From: an uncultured cyanobacterium
GTDB taxonomy: Bacteria; Cyanobacteriota; Cyanobacteriia; Cyanobacteriales; Nostocaceae
Assembly (NCBI GenBank): GCA_963740315.1
Contig: CAVUDP010000002.1
Location: forward strand, 2,880,001 to 2,944,000
DNA length: 64,000 nt
Direction: 5' to 3'
Below are positions 40,631 through 50,604 of the stretch, piece by piece. The notes under the pieces were generated by a model that worked only from the letters and a program-made list of their open reading frames with translations, was not told the origin of the DNA and made no database searches. Position 1 is the stretch's first letter, and every line of letters starts with the position of its first letter. The position numbers and the translations under genes are program-made.

Positions 40631-43600
40631 ATGTTAGCTGACTATAAATACATTCTAAAACGAGTACTCAAGTGGGTAAATCTCCGAGAGGAAGAAGGTT
40701 CTCGAACATTACTGATGTTTGCTTTTTACGCGACAACCTCAGTCGGATTGCGATGGGTAGAAGATAGCAGCATTGCTTTATTTCTAGATAGATACGGCGC
40801 TAACACTCTACCATTGCTTTATGTTGCCAGTGCAGTAGTTGGGATTGGGTTAGTTTTTCTTTACTCTTGGCTGCAAAAGATTTTTTCTCAGCGATGGGTA
40901 ATTATAGCTGCGGTACCCTGCATGGTGATACCTTTAATTTTACTGCCTATAGGTTTGCAAATTACGTTACCTACAAGTTGGCAAATTTCGCGCTTGGCAT
41001 TATTTAGCGTGTTTTTATTGCGATTATGGGTTGATGCGCTTTACGTAATCAATCAACTCAACACTTCTATTGCAGCAAACCAATTATTTAATATTCAGGA
41101 GATTAAGCGCACTTATCCTTTGGTAAGTAGTGGTATTTTAGTCGCCGATGTAATTGCTGGCTTTAGTCTACCCACTTTAGTGCGATTTCTAAAGTTAGAT
41201 AAAATAATTTTAATTGGGGCTTTAGTTATTGTTTTAGGTACGACAATTCTATTGCATTTGAGTAAAAAATATCCCCATGCTTTTACCGATTCGCAACAAA
41301 AAATTAAGAAATCGCAAATCCCGCACGCTCGTTCTCTTTCGGTTCCTTTAAAACGTTATGCTTGGCGATTATTTGCCTTCGGGCTTTTGATACAAGCAAT
41401 AGGATTATTAATAGATTTTCAGTACTTATCTCAGATAGAATCGACTTTCCAAGGTAAAGATATTACCAGTTTTTTAGGCGTATTTGGCGGAATTTTAGGG
41501 CTGTTTGAACTCGCAACACAGTGGTTTGTCTCCAGCCGTGCAATCAAACGTTTGGGAGTGTTTTTTACTGCTGCAATTTTACCTGCTGGTGTAAGTGGTT
41601 TATTAGCAGTACTGGCTATACTGTCTTCCTTATCAATGACTTCAGCCTTATTTGGCTTTAAAATACCTGGTTTATTAATGCTATGGGGTTTAACGCTGAT
41701 TAAGTTTTTCGATGAACTTGTGCGTTATACCTTCGTAGCTAATGCTGCCACCTTACTGTTTCAACCAATACCCGAAAGCGTTAGAAGTCGCATACAAACA
41801 TTATCGGGAGGGTTTGCAGAAGCTGCTGCTGCTGGTTTTACAGGATTTATGATTTTGCTAACTCAGTGGCTTTTAACTCATTTTATACCCGTTGATTGGC
41901 AAAACTTAGTTCTGCTTCTGGAAACAGCAATTGTCGCCATTATCTGCGTAGGAGTAATTTGGGTATTGCGATCGCAGTATGTCGATCTGTTAGTCATGAG
42001 TGCAGACGGGGGGCACTTAAGCATGACAAATGTTGATATCCCTTTCTTCAAACGTGCTGTAATTAAGGCTTTACGAGAAAAAGGAAACGAGGCTGATAAA
42101 CATTCTTGTATAGAGCTTTTATTACAAATCGATCCCCTTGGGGCTGCTTCGGTTTTAGCACCAGAATTACCAATGCTTACTCCTACTTTGCAACATCGAA
42201 GTTTGTCAGTAATGCTATCCTACGATGTCAATCCCGCTTATTTACCTCAAGTACGCAGTTTATTAGAAAACCCTCAAACTATTACTAATCCAAATATATT
42301 TGCTTTAGCATTGCGTTACGTTTACATCGCAGAAGCTTCTCCAAATTTAAATCAATTGGAAGAATATCTAAATCCAGCACAAAATTCCGCGATCAGAAGC
42401 ACTGCCGCTACCTTATTATTAACTCAAGGGTCAACAAAACAAAAAGTAGCAGCAACCAAAACTCTAGAGTGGATGCTGACTAATAAAGAAGAACAAATAC
42501 GAGTTGATGGCGTTAAATCTCTTGCAGAAGCATCTTATTTACAATCCCTGCGGATTCATATTCCCTCATTATTAAATGATGAATCATTAAGGGTACGCAG
42601 TGCAGTTTTAGAAATGATTACTGCAAACCATTTAGAAGAATATTATTCAGAATTAGTAGTAGGACTTTATCATAAATCCACCCGGCAAGTAGCAATGAAC
42701 TGTTTAGTCAAACTGGGAAATGAAGTCTTAGCAATGCTATCAAATTTAGCAATAGACAACTACGAACCGGAAATAGCACGAGTATATGCCTTGCGAACAA
42801 TAGGTCAAATTGATACTTTAGAAGCAATTGATACTTTGTGGCAACATTTAGAGATATCTAAAGGTAAAATCAAATCTCATGTACTCCGTACTTTACTTAA
42901 AAGACATCAGCAACAGGGAATTTTGTCTTTAGTAGATAGTTCCTATAAAACCAGAATTCAAGAATTAATTGAAGAAGAATTAAAATTATTAGGTCAGATA
43001 TACGCTGCTTCTATAGACTTTAAAGCTCAAGGTGAAATATATGCTGCTTATATAGAGTTTAAAACTGGAGAAACTTTACAAAATTTTCACTCGAAAAAAA
43101 AGGTTGTAGCTTTGTGTAAGCTAGTTCAAAAATCTTTCAGAGAGCTAGAAATTGATATTAAAGAACGTTTACTATTGCTTTTAAAATTAGTTTATCCCTT
43201 TGACAAAATTAGCGCTGCTGCATCTAACCTTAATTCCGAATCAGGAGTAACTGTAGCAAGAGGTTTAGAGATATTAGAGCATACTATAGATTTACCTTGT
43301 AAAAATATATTACTTAATATTTATGATAGAAGACCACCCGCCGAAAAATTGCAAAAACTTGTAGAAGCGGGTTTATCGACATACGAACAAATGACAGTAA
43401 ACGAACGAACTAGAAAATTATTAGAATTAGAAAGTTCACTTTCAGATTGGTGTTGGGCTTGCTGCATTCATTTTGCTCAAGTTGCTCGTATTAAACTTAA
43501 ATCCATACAAATTGATGGAAGTTTGCGTCATCCTTGTGGTTTCGTTAGAGAAGCAATTGTTGCATATTTGATTGTTGCATCTCCTCGCTTATTTATAAAA

Positions 43601-43687
43601 GTTATACCTCAGTTAAGAAATGATTCACATCCTCTTGTGATTGCTCAATTAAAAGAATTTATGGAAAAGTATAAAGTTGATGGATAG
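40631..43687 (+). CDS. MFS/Npt1-like transporter domain fused to HEAT repeats
   Basis: About 12 hydrophobic segments (ALFLDRYGANTLP, LFNIQEIKRTYP, LFQPIPESVR) followed by HEAT-like repeats (LLNDESLRVRSAV). Confidence 0.85.
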   Translation: MLADYKYILKRVLKWVNLREEEGSRTLLMFAFYATTSVGLRWVEDSSIALFLDRYGANTLPLLYVASAVVGIGLVFLYSWLQKIFSQRWVIIAAVPCMVIPLILLPIGLQITLPTSWQISRLALFSVFLLRLWVDALYVINQLNTSIAANQLFNIQEIKRTYPLVSSGILVADVIAGFSLPTLVRFLKLDKIILIGALVIVLGTTILLHLSKKYPHAFTDSQQKIKKSQIPHARSLSVPLKRYAWRLFAFGLLIQAIGLLIDFQYLSQIESTFQGKDITSFLGVFGGILGLFELATQWFVSSRAIKRLGVFFTAAILPAGVSGLLAVLAILSSLSMTSALFGFKIPGLLMLWGLTLIKFFDELVRYTFVANAATLLFQPIPESVRSRIQTLSGGFAEAAAAGFTGFMILLTQWLLTHFIPVDWQNLVLLLETAIVAIICVGVIWVLRSQYVDLLVMSADGGHLSMTNVDIPFFKRAVIKALREKGNEADKHSCIELLLQIDPLGAASVLAPELPMLTPTLQHRSLSVMLSYDVNPAYLPQVRSLLENPQTITNPNIFALALRYVYIAEASPNLNQLEEYLNPAQNSAIRSTAATLLLTQGSTKQKVAATKTLEWMLTNKEEQIRVDGVKSLAEASYLQSLRIHIPSLLNDESLRVRSAVLEMITANHLEEYYSELVVGLYHKSTRQVAMNCLVKLGNEVLAMLSNLAIDNYEPEIARVYALRTIGQIDTLEAIDTLWQHLEISKGKIKSHVLRTLLKRHQQQGILSLVDSSYKTRIQELIEEELKLLGQIYAASIDFKAQGEIYAAYIEFKTGETLQNFHSKKKVVALCKLVQKSFRELEIDIKERLLLLLKLVYPFDKISAAASNLNSESGVTVARGLEILEHTIDLPCKNILLNIYDRRPPAEKLQKLVEAGLSTYEQMTVNERTRKLLELESSLSDWCWACCIHFAQVARIKLKSIQIDGSLRHPCGFVREAIVAYLIVASPRLFIKVIPQLRNDSHPLVIAQLKEFMEKYKVDG

Positions 43688-43752
43688 TGGATAGTTGTTA
43701 GTGGTTAGTGGTTAGTGGATAGTGGTTAGTGGTTAGTAGATAGTGGATAGTG
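43683..43752. repeat. Heptamer array (TAGTGG[AT])n, left arm
   Basis: Reverse-complement of the array at 44165-44258. Confidence 0.9.
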
Positions 43753-43780
43753 TTTACTTGTTAAATATAAAAAAAGTAAT

Positions 43781-44179
43781 ATGGAAAAGTCTAATTTTGA
43801 AAATTTAAGAGTTTTTCAATTGTCTGAAAAATTAGCCGACCAAATTTGGGATATTGTTTTATCTTGGAATCATTTAGCAACAGATACAGTCGGCAAACAA
43901 ATCATTCGTTCTGCGGATAGTATTGGTGCGAATATTGCAGAAGGTAGCGATCGCTATAATTTTCAAGATAATCTACGATTTGTTAAAATCGCTAGAGCTT
44001 CTTTGCATGAAACAAGATATTGGCTAAGAAGGGCATATGTTCGTAAATTATTAACAAGCCAACAGGTTAATACAATTAAGCCTATTGTTGATGAACTGTC
44101 ACCAAAATTAAACGCTTATTTCAAATATTTAGAGAAAGCAGCAAAACAAGAAAAAGCTAAAAAAACAACTAGCAAATAA
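43781..44179 (+). CDS. Four-helix-bundle protein (23S rRNA IVS protein / Avd-like family)
   Basis: FENLRVFQ, QIIRSADSIGANIAEG, FVKIARASLHETRYWL. Confidence 0.92.
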   Translation: MEKSNFENLRVFQLSEKLADQIWDIVLSWNHLATDTVGKQIIRSADSIGANIAEGSDRYNFQDNLRFVKIARASLHETRYWLRRAYVRKLLTSQQVNTIKPIVDELSPKLNAYFKYLEKAAKQEKAKKTTSK

Positions 44180-44258
44180 CCACCAACAACTATCCACTAA
44201 CAACTAACAACTAACCCCTATCAACTATCCACTAACAACTATCTACTAACAACTAACT
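44165..44258. repeat. Heptamer array (CAACTAA/CCACTA[AT])n, right arm
   Basis: Inverted relative to 43683-43752. Confidence 0.85.
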
Positions 44259-44266
44259 CTAAAATT

Positions 44267-44704
44267 ATGTTAACCAGCGTCGATCGTTTATTATTTGTAC
44301 GCCAAGTTCCGATATTTAAAGAATTACGGGATGATTTTATTGTTCGATTGGCTTCTACGATGAACGAACTTTGGTTCCCACCAAAATGCAGTATTTTTCG
44401 GCAGGGAGAAGAAGGACAATCACTGTATATTGTTGTTTCAGGAAAAGTCAAAATACATTTAAATAATCGAACACTTGAAGTTAAGTCACAAGGAAAATAC
44501 TTTGGTGAAATGGCGGTGTTTGATACTCAACCGCGTTCGGCTTCTGCTACTACAATAGATGCTTGTGAATGTTTGGAATTAACTCAAGAACAACTTGATG
44601 ATGCTATTGAAGAAACTCCTGAAATTGCCGTGAATATCATTCGCGAACTATCACGTTTAATTCGTAAGTTAAATAACGATAACAATGTGAATACGATGGG
44701 GTGA
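44267..44704 (+). CDS. Cyclic-nucleotide-binding domain protein
   Basis: IFRQGEEGQSLYIVVSGKV, YFGEMA, PRSASA phosphate-binding cassette. Confidence 0.93.
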   Translation: MLTSVDRLLFVRQVPIFKELRDDFIVRLASTMNELWFPPKCSIFRQGEEGQSLYIVVSGKVKIHLNNRTLEVKSQGKYFGEMAVFDTQPRSASATTIDACECLELTQEQLDDAIEETPEIAVNIIRELSRLIRKLNNDNNVNTMG

Positions 44705-44709
44705 AGAAA

Positions 44710-45192
44710 ATGTCTGCTTTAACTGAAGCTCTAGAATTTATCTTCAATTGGATGATGCGAAATATGCCCAATCATCCTGCTGTGATGAAAAAAGGTTTGA
44801 GCCGTGACGCAATTGAAGCAAAAGTCCGCGAACTTCCGTTTTATTTATCTGAAGAAATCTATGAACTTTATGAATGGAGGAATGGAGGAATAAACCCTTT
44901 CATTCCTCATCCCGATGCTTGGGATTTAGCTACTTTCTTTTCATTAGAAGAAGCTATTAGCCAATCTAAAGAGTGGAAAGGTTCTTTTGATTTATTTCCT
45001 CTTTTTAGTGTGGAAGATGGCGGGTATTTCATTGTTGGAACGAAATATAAATGTGAAATTGCTCCGATTTATTGCAATGACATTCCCGAAGATGTAGTTA
45101 AACACAAACAGCCACTTTATCCAAGTTTGACAATTATGATGCAAGAATTAGCTGAAGAGTTAGATAATAGAGTTATATCTATAGGTTCGTAG
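44710..45192 (+). CDS. SMI1/KNR4 (SUKH) family protein
   Basis: GLSRDAIEAKVRELPFYLSEEIYELYEWRNG; FFSLEEAI; YPSLT. Confidence 0.8.
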   Translation: MSALTEALEFIFNWMMRNMPNHPAVMKKGLSRDAIEAKVRELPFYLSEEIYELYEWRNGGINPFIPHPDAWDLATFFSLEEAISQSKEWKGSFDLFPLFSVEDGGYFIVGTKYKCEIAPIYCNDIPEDVVKHKQPLYPSLTIMMQELAEELDNRVISIGS

Positions 45193-45569
45193 TAGGGACT
45201 TTAGTCCTTTCTTGTCGCGCAATAAGAAGGGAACCAATGCCCTTACTACGAACAAAATGCGCTATTAAAAATTCGACATTTGTCCAAAAATATTTGCGGA
45301 ATTTCTTTACTATTTCGTAGTATGGACTTTAGTCCTTTCTTGTCGCGCAATAAGAAGGGAACCAATGCCCTTACTACGAACAAAATGCGCTATTAAAAAT
45401 TCGACATTTGTCCAAAAATATTTGCGGAATTTCTTTACTATTTCGTAGTATGGACTTTAGTCCTTTCTTGTCGCGCAATAAGAAGGGAACCAATGCCCTT
45501 ACTACGAACAAAATGCGCTATTAAAAATTCGACATTTGTCCAAAAATATTTGCGGAATTTGTTTACTAT
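45186..45569. repeat. 3 x 128-bp tandem duplication (palindromic element + cobB 3' end)
   Basis: TTCGTAGTA recurs at 45186, 45314, 45442; units nearly identical. Confidence 0.95.
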
Positions 45570-46941
45570 TTCCCCAGTGCATATGAATATAAGAAGCGTG
45601 AAGATTTGACGGTGAAACCCAGCCTTCTTTCCCCGTAAATTCGTCGCAATCAAATCTATATGTTTGAAATAAAGGTTTATTAGAATCGGATGTTAAACGC
45701 GATCGATGAAATTCATGCCCGTAAATTGTTTTTCCTGCATCTATTAATAAACTATCTTGTAAAGCGATCGCACGACGATAACCCAAGGTTAAACGCTTAT
45801 CCATTACTGCTGTTGTTGGTAAAATTCCTACCATTTCCCAGGATTTACCCGTCATATCCACAATTTGCTCTGCACAATACATCAACCCACCACATTCGGC
45901 GATTGTGGGCATTCCCGATAAAATTGCTGCTTTTACAGCGTCGCGTGCGCTAATATTTCTAGATAATTGTTCGGCGAAAACTTCTGGAAAACCACCCCCA
46001 AAATACATTCCTCCGATATTTTCGGGTAATTTAGTATCCTTTAAAGGACTCCAAAAAACTAATTCTGCACCAAAAGTTTGTAATAAATCAAGATTGTCTT
46101 GGTAGTAGAAATTGAAAGCTTTGTCGTATGCGACGGCGATTTTAATTGGGGAAGAGTGAGAGGGGGAAGAGGGGGTAGAAATTTCTAATGTGTCCCTTTG
46201 TCTCCTTGTCTCCTTGTCTCCTTGTCTCCTCATCCGCTTGTCTCTTAATAAAAGCGGTAATAATTTTTCCCAGTCGAAGCAATTTTCGCCGAGATTTACT
46301 AGTTTATCGATTAATTGATTTAATTCGGGAAGCTCTGCTGTTGGTACTAAACCTAAATGGCGATCGCTAATTGTAATATTATCTTGTCGCTTCAGTACAC
46401 CAAGTATGGGAATTTGTAAAGGTTCTAGGGAATTTTTGAGGAGAGATAAATGGCGATCGCTACCGACGCGGTTTAATATTACTCCGGCAATTTGAATTTC
46501 TTTGTCAAAGGAACAGTAACCATGAACGATTGCAGCAACTGAACCAGATAACCGACTGCAATCAACAACTAATAATACGGGTAAATTTAATAACTTAGCA
46601 ATATGAGCCGTGCTGGCAAAATTAACTGCTCCTTTTAAAGCTTTTTCTTGATTTTCCGCAACACCATCAAATAATCCCATTACTCCTTCAATTAAAGTAT
46701 ATTCACTGGAATTAGAGTATTTCTCAAAACACTCTTTTACATAATTTTCAGAAGTTAAAACTGGGTCTAAATTACGACAAGCACGACCTGTAACGTACTT
46801 GTGAAACATTGGATCGATGTAATCTGGTCCCACTTTAAAAGACTGTAAAAGCAAACCACGCCGGGATAAACACGACAACAATGTGAGCGTAACCGTAGTT
46901 TTGCCCACCCCGCTGCGTTCTCCTGCAATAATCAAAGCCAT
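45502..46941 (-). CDS. cobB: Cobyrinate a,c-diamide synthase
   Basis: SGVGKTT, FKVGPDYIDP, EGVMGLFDG, RHLGLV, AFNFYY, GGGFPE, AECGGLMY, GHEFH, SYIHMH. Confidence 0.96.
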   Translation of the reverse strand: MALIIAGERSGVGKTTVTLTLLSCLSRRGLLLQSFKVGPDYIDPMFHKYVTGRACRNLDPVLTSENYVKECFEKYSNSSEYTLIEGVMGLFDGVAENQEKALKGAVNFASTAHIAKLLNLPVLLVVDCSRLSGSVAAIVHGYCSFDKEIQIAGVILNRVGSDRHLSLLKNSLEPLQIPILGVLKRQDNITISDRHLGLVPTAELPELNQLIDKLVNLGENCFDWEKLLPLLLRDKRMRRQGDKETRRQRDTLEISTPSSPSHSSPIKIAVAYDKAFNFYYQDNLDLLQTFGAELVFWSPLKDTKLPENIGGMYFGGGFPEVFAEQLSRNISARDAVKAAILSGMPTIAECGGLMYCAEQIVDMTGKSWEMVGILPTTAVMDKRLTLGYRRAIALQDSLLIDAGKTIYGHEFHRSRLTSDSNKPLFQTYRFDCDEFTGKEGWVSPSNLHASYIHMHWGNSKQIPQIFLDKCRIFNSAFCS

Positions 46942-47209
46942 GAATTGAAAGTTAAAAGTTAGGAGTTAGGACCACCGGAGTTAAGAGTTAGGAGTTAAGA
47001 GTTAAGAGTTAGGAGTGATGAATTATGAATTATGAATTATACAGGTATTTTTGCCTATTATTCGTTAATAATTGTTTTTAAGAAATATGGGCAATGGGGA
47101 TGTTCCGATAAAAAAAGGCGATCGATCGCTTCCATTCTTGTTACATATCAAAATAAAGAAAGACGTTGCACTGCAACGTCTCTACATAATAATTCCTAAT
47201 TCCTAATTG

Positions 47210-48592
47210 CTAACTCTTTTTCGCTAATTTAATCAATTGGGTTGTAAGTCCTAAACTTTCTTCAAAAAGCGCTTCTTTACCCCAACGCTGTACTTGTTGA
47301 GAAAGTAAAATTTCGGCTTTTTGCTCGGAAAGTGAAGTGATTTGTTGAAATACGCCTGCTGCTTGGGCACCACCGTGGGTTTCCATTCGCATACAGCCGC
47401 CGGTTTCGGAACAAATTAAGGTACCGCAGTTTGCGTCGGGATTGGTAGAACTTAAGCGTATGGCAATTAAATCGCCGGGAATATCGCCAACATCGGCTAC
47501 TGGAACTCCTGCTATTTCGGTTTCTATTTCCCTTTGATCCGAAGCCATGAACTTAAAGCGTCTAATATTGTAGTCGCCAAGTTCTTGTTCGTAGGAAACC
47601 GCACGCCAATTCAAACGACTTGCTAACCAACCCAAAAATAATAATGCTTGGGTAGGATTGCCTTTTTCATAGTCGATATTTACTTTATCAACTTCTGTTA
47701 AAGCTCTACGTCGGGCTGGTGCGTCGTAAGCTTCTGCTGTCAATTCTTGCCATCCTCCTACACGCCGCCAGTTTAAATCTGCTAGGGGAATGCCTTTCTC
47801 TATCAACGCTTGCAGACTGAGTAAGTCGTTTTCTGGTTCGTTAAAGTTGCAAGAATCAACAATAACGTTATCGCATACGGCTGAAAGTCTTTTGAATAAT
47901 GCGTTGTCGGGATCTGGTGTTGCTTTCCACCAAATAAACTTGGGTAAACCACCAATTAATAATTCTGGAATCATACCACCAATACGTTCTAAAGCTGTGG
48001 CAGTTCCGGTTAGAGTAATGTATTCGCAACAAACCAGCGAAGATGATGATTGTTTTTGAATCGGACAATAAGCTGAAACTTGTGCTTTAACGCCTTCATC
48101 TTCACCAACGGTGGGTATCAAACTAATGATGCGGCAGGGGTTACGCAAAGCGATTTCGTCAGCAATTCTGGCGCTGGCTGCATCTGGACTGAATTCAGCA
48201 GCAGTAGCACCGTTATTATCTGAGGTGCTACCACCGCCATGAAGTTTTGCAAGTTCTTCCCGCAGTCGCGCTAAAACTTGCTGACTCGTTTTACCAGTTC
48301 GTTCCAAACCGAGAGCTTTCTGGGCATCTCGCAGTGCGGATACGGTTTGCGGTCCAAGGATACCATCAATCGGACCGTTGTAATATCCTAAAGCAGCCAG
48401 CAAATACTGAGTTTGTTCTGGTTCGTAAACCACCAAAGTAAATGTAGTGGCTCGCGTAGCCGCAGGAAGCGCTCCATCTTCACCGCCAATACCGTAACTT
48501 TGCCAAATTTTATTTAGTTCGGCTTCAATTTCGTTGAGCGAAATATCTTTAGGAGCCTGGAGTGAAAAAATAGTGGGTGCGTGTGTTGTCAT
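47210..48592 (-). CDS. opcA: Glucose-6-phosphate dehydrogenase assembly protein OpcA
   Basis: Downstream of zwf; NPCRII, VSAYCPI, CCEYITL, DLNWRR. Confidence 0.95.
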   Translation of the reverse strand: MTTHAPTIFSLQAPKDISLNEIEAELNKIWQSYGIGGEDGALPAATRATTFTLVVYEPEQTQYLLAALGYYNGPIDGILGPQTVSALRDAQKALGLERTGKTSQQVLARLREELAKLHGGGSTSDNNGATAAEFSPDAASARIADEIALRNPCRIISLIPTVGEDEGVKAQVSAYCPIQKQSSSSLVCCEYITLTGTATALERIGGMIPELLIGGLPKFIWWKATPDPDNALFKRLSAVCDNVIVDSCNFNEPENDLLSLQALIEKGIPLADLNWRRVGGWQELTAEAYDAPARRRALTEVDKVNIDYEKGNPTQALLFLGWLASRLNWRAVSYEQELGDYNIRRFKFMASDQREIETEIAGVPVADVGDIPGDLIAIRLSSTNPDANCGTLICSETGGCMRMETHGGAQAAGVFQQITSLSEQKAEILLSQQVQRWGKEALFEESLGLTTQLIKLAKKS

Positions 48593-48841
48593 AACAATTT
48601 TGGATTTTGGATTTTGGATTTTGGATTAAAGTTTTAGATTTTGGATTTGCGGATGAGAATTTAGAACTTACGTAGTACTGTGAATTGAAAATGCCTCATA
48701 CCCTACAAGGGTTCTAATACTTACCTTCTTCTGAAGATTTTAGAATCATCAACGCTCTACAAGCTATTTGCAGCAATCAATTCACCATCTTGGGTAAATC
48801 TGGATTCTCAATCCAAAATCCAAAATCTAAAATCTAAAATT

Positions 48842-50371
48842 CTATAGTCTGCGCCAACGGCGACCGTCTCTGTTAATCAATTGTTCTGCTTCTACGGGTT
48901 CCCAGGTACCTGCTTCGTATCGGGGAACTGTTGCTGGGTCTGCTGGTGCATCCCATGCGCTTAATATTGGTGTCACTACTTGCCAAGCAGCTTCTACTTC
49001 GTCTCCTCTGGTAAACAAAGTTTGGTCGCCCATCATACAGTCAAGAAATAGGCGATCGTATGCATCGGATTTCGCTTGCAGACCAAATGAACCGTAAGTA
49101 AAGTCCATGTCAACGGCACGAGTGCGGAAATCTCCTCCGGGCACTTTCACGTCAAAACGCAGGGAAATTCCTTCGTTTGGCTGAATCCGCATTGTCAAAA
49201 CATTGGCACTTTTCTGTTGTGCGGCGGATGTAAACATCTGTGAAGGAACTTCGCGGAAGTGGATGGAAATCTCACTGACTTTTTTGGGCATCCGCTTCCC
49301 AGTACGCAGGTAAAAGGGAACTCCTTTCCAACGCCAGTTATCAACTACAAATTTTGTCGCTACAAAAGTAGGCGTTGTCGATTTTTCGTCTACTCCTGGT
49401 TCTTCGTGATACCCAGGTACGTGTTCGCCTTTCATCCAGCCTGCGCTGTATTGACCGCGTACTGCTGAATACGCCAAATCTTGTACGTCAGCTAATCTAG
49501 TAGCTTTTAAAACTTTTACTTTTTCAGTACGGATACTGTCGGCATCCATTGCGTTAGGAGCTTCCATTGCAGTCAAGCAGTAAAGCTGCATCAAGTGATT
49601 TTGCAACATATCCCGCAACGCACCGGAGCTTTCGTAATAACCAGCCCGGTCTTCAACTCCTACAGTTTCTGCTACTGTTATCTGTACGTGGTCTACAAAA
49701 TGACGATTCCACAATGGTTCAAAAATAGCATTTGCGAAGCGGAATACTAATAAGTTTTGAACCGTTTCTTTACCTAAATAGTGGTCAATCCGATAAACCT
49801 GTTCTTCTTTACAATATTTCTGTACGATTTGATTAAGATTTTTCGCAGATGCTAAATCTCGACCAAAAGGTTTTTCAATTACCAAACGATGTTTGTCGGC
49901 ATCTTCAAGCATTCCCATAGAACCTAATTGCTTGATAGCTTCGGGGAAAAACTTGGGAGCAACAGAAAGGTAGAATAAACGATTACCTCTTGTATTCCGC
50001 TTCTCATCTAATTCACTGAGAAGCTCGTTGAGCTTTTGGTAGCTTTCTGGGTCGTCGATATTACCAGGACAGTAAAAAAGACCGTTGGAAAAATCTTTCC
50101 ATAACTCTTCGGGACCCACACCATCGTGGGCTTCTTCCATACCCTTACGCATCTGCTCGCGGAAATATTCGTGGCTCCATTCCCGTCGCGCTACGCCAAC
50201 AATAGTAGTTTCTGGTGGAATCCGTCTTTCTTGTCGCAATTTGTACAGTGCTGGTACTAGTTTGCGCCAAGTTAAATCACCGGAAGCACCAAAAATAACA
50301 ATTATTTGGGGTTCAGCCATTCCTTGCTGTTGCAAGCCAACCCGCAGTGGATTTTCTAGCACACTAACCAT
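48842..50371 (-). CDS. zwf: Glucose-6-phosphate 1-dehydrogenase
   Basis: [31 protein letters not shown]. Confidence 0.98.
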   Translation of the reverse strand: MVSVLENPLRVGLQQQGMAEPQIIVIFGASGDLTWRKLVPALYKLRQERRIPPETTIVGVARREWSHEYFREQMRKGMEEAHDGVGPEELWKDFSNGLFYCPGNIDDPESYQKLNELLSELDEKRNTRGNRLFYLSVAPKFFPEAIKQLGSMGMLEDADKHRLVIEKPFGRDLASAKNLNQIVQKYCKEEQVYRIDHYLGKETVQNLLVFRFANAIFEPLWNRHFVDHVQITVAETVGVEDRAGYYESSGALRDMLQNHLMQLYCLTAMEAPNAMDADSIRTEKVKVLKATRLADVQDLAYSAVRGQYSAGWMKGEHVPGYHEEPGVDEKSTTPTFVATKFVVDNWRWKGVPFYLRTGKRMPKKVSEISIHFREVPSQMFTSAAQQKSANVLTMRIQPNEGISLRFDVKVPGGDFRTRAVDMDFTYGSFGLQAKSDAYDRLFLDCMMGDQTLFTRGDEVEAAWQVVTPILSAWDAPADPATVPRYEAGTWEPVEAEQLINRDGRRWRRL

Positions 50372-50604
50372 AATGAGTGATTTTGGATTTTAGATTTACA
50401 TTTGCGGGGCATGGGACATGGGGCATGGGATTTTGGATTTTGGATTGGGAGTATTGAGTATTGAGTATTGAGTATTGAGTTGGGAATTAGGAGTATTGAG
50501 TTATTTATCTCCTTGTCCCCTTTTCCCCTTGTCCGCCCATCCCCCCATCTCCCTATCTCCAATGCCCAATTCCCGATGCCCAATTCCCTATTACCCATTA
50601 ATTA

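Noticed and set aside
43781..44179. Avd of a diversity-generating retroelement
   Set aside because: No RT or TR/VR pair nearby
45186..45569. Possible CRISPR array
   Set aside because: Spacers are near-identical copies of the cobB 3' end, the unit is 128 bp, and there are no cas genes
48270..48420. Peptidoglycan-binding-like segment in OpcA
   Set aside because: As far as I know a normal feature of OpcA in filamentous cyanobacteria, not novel
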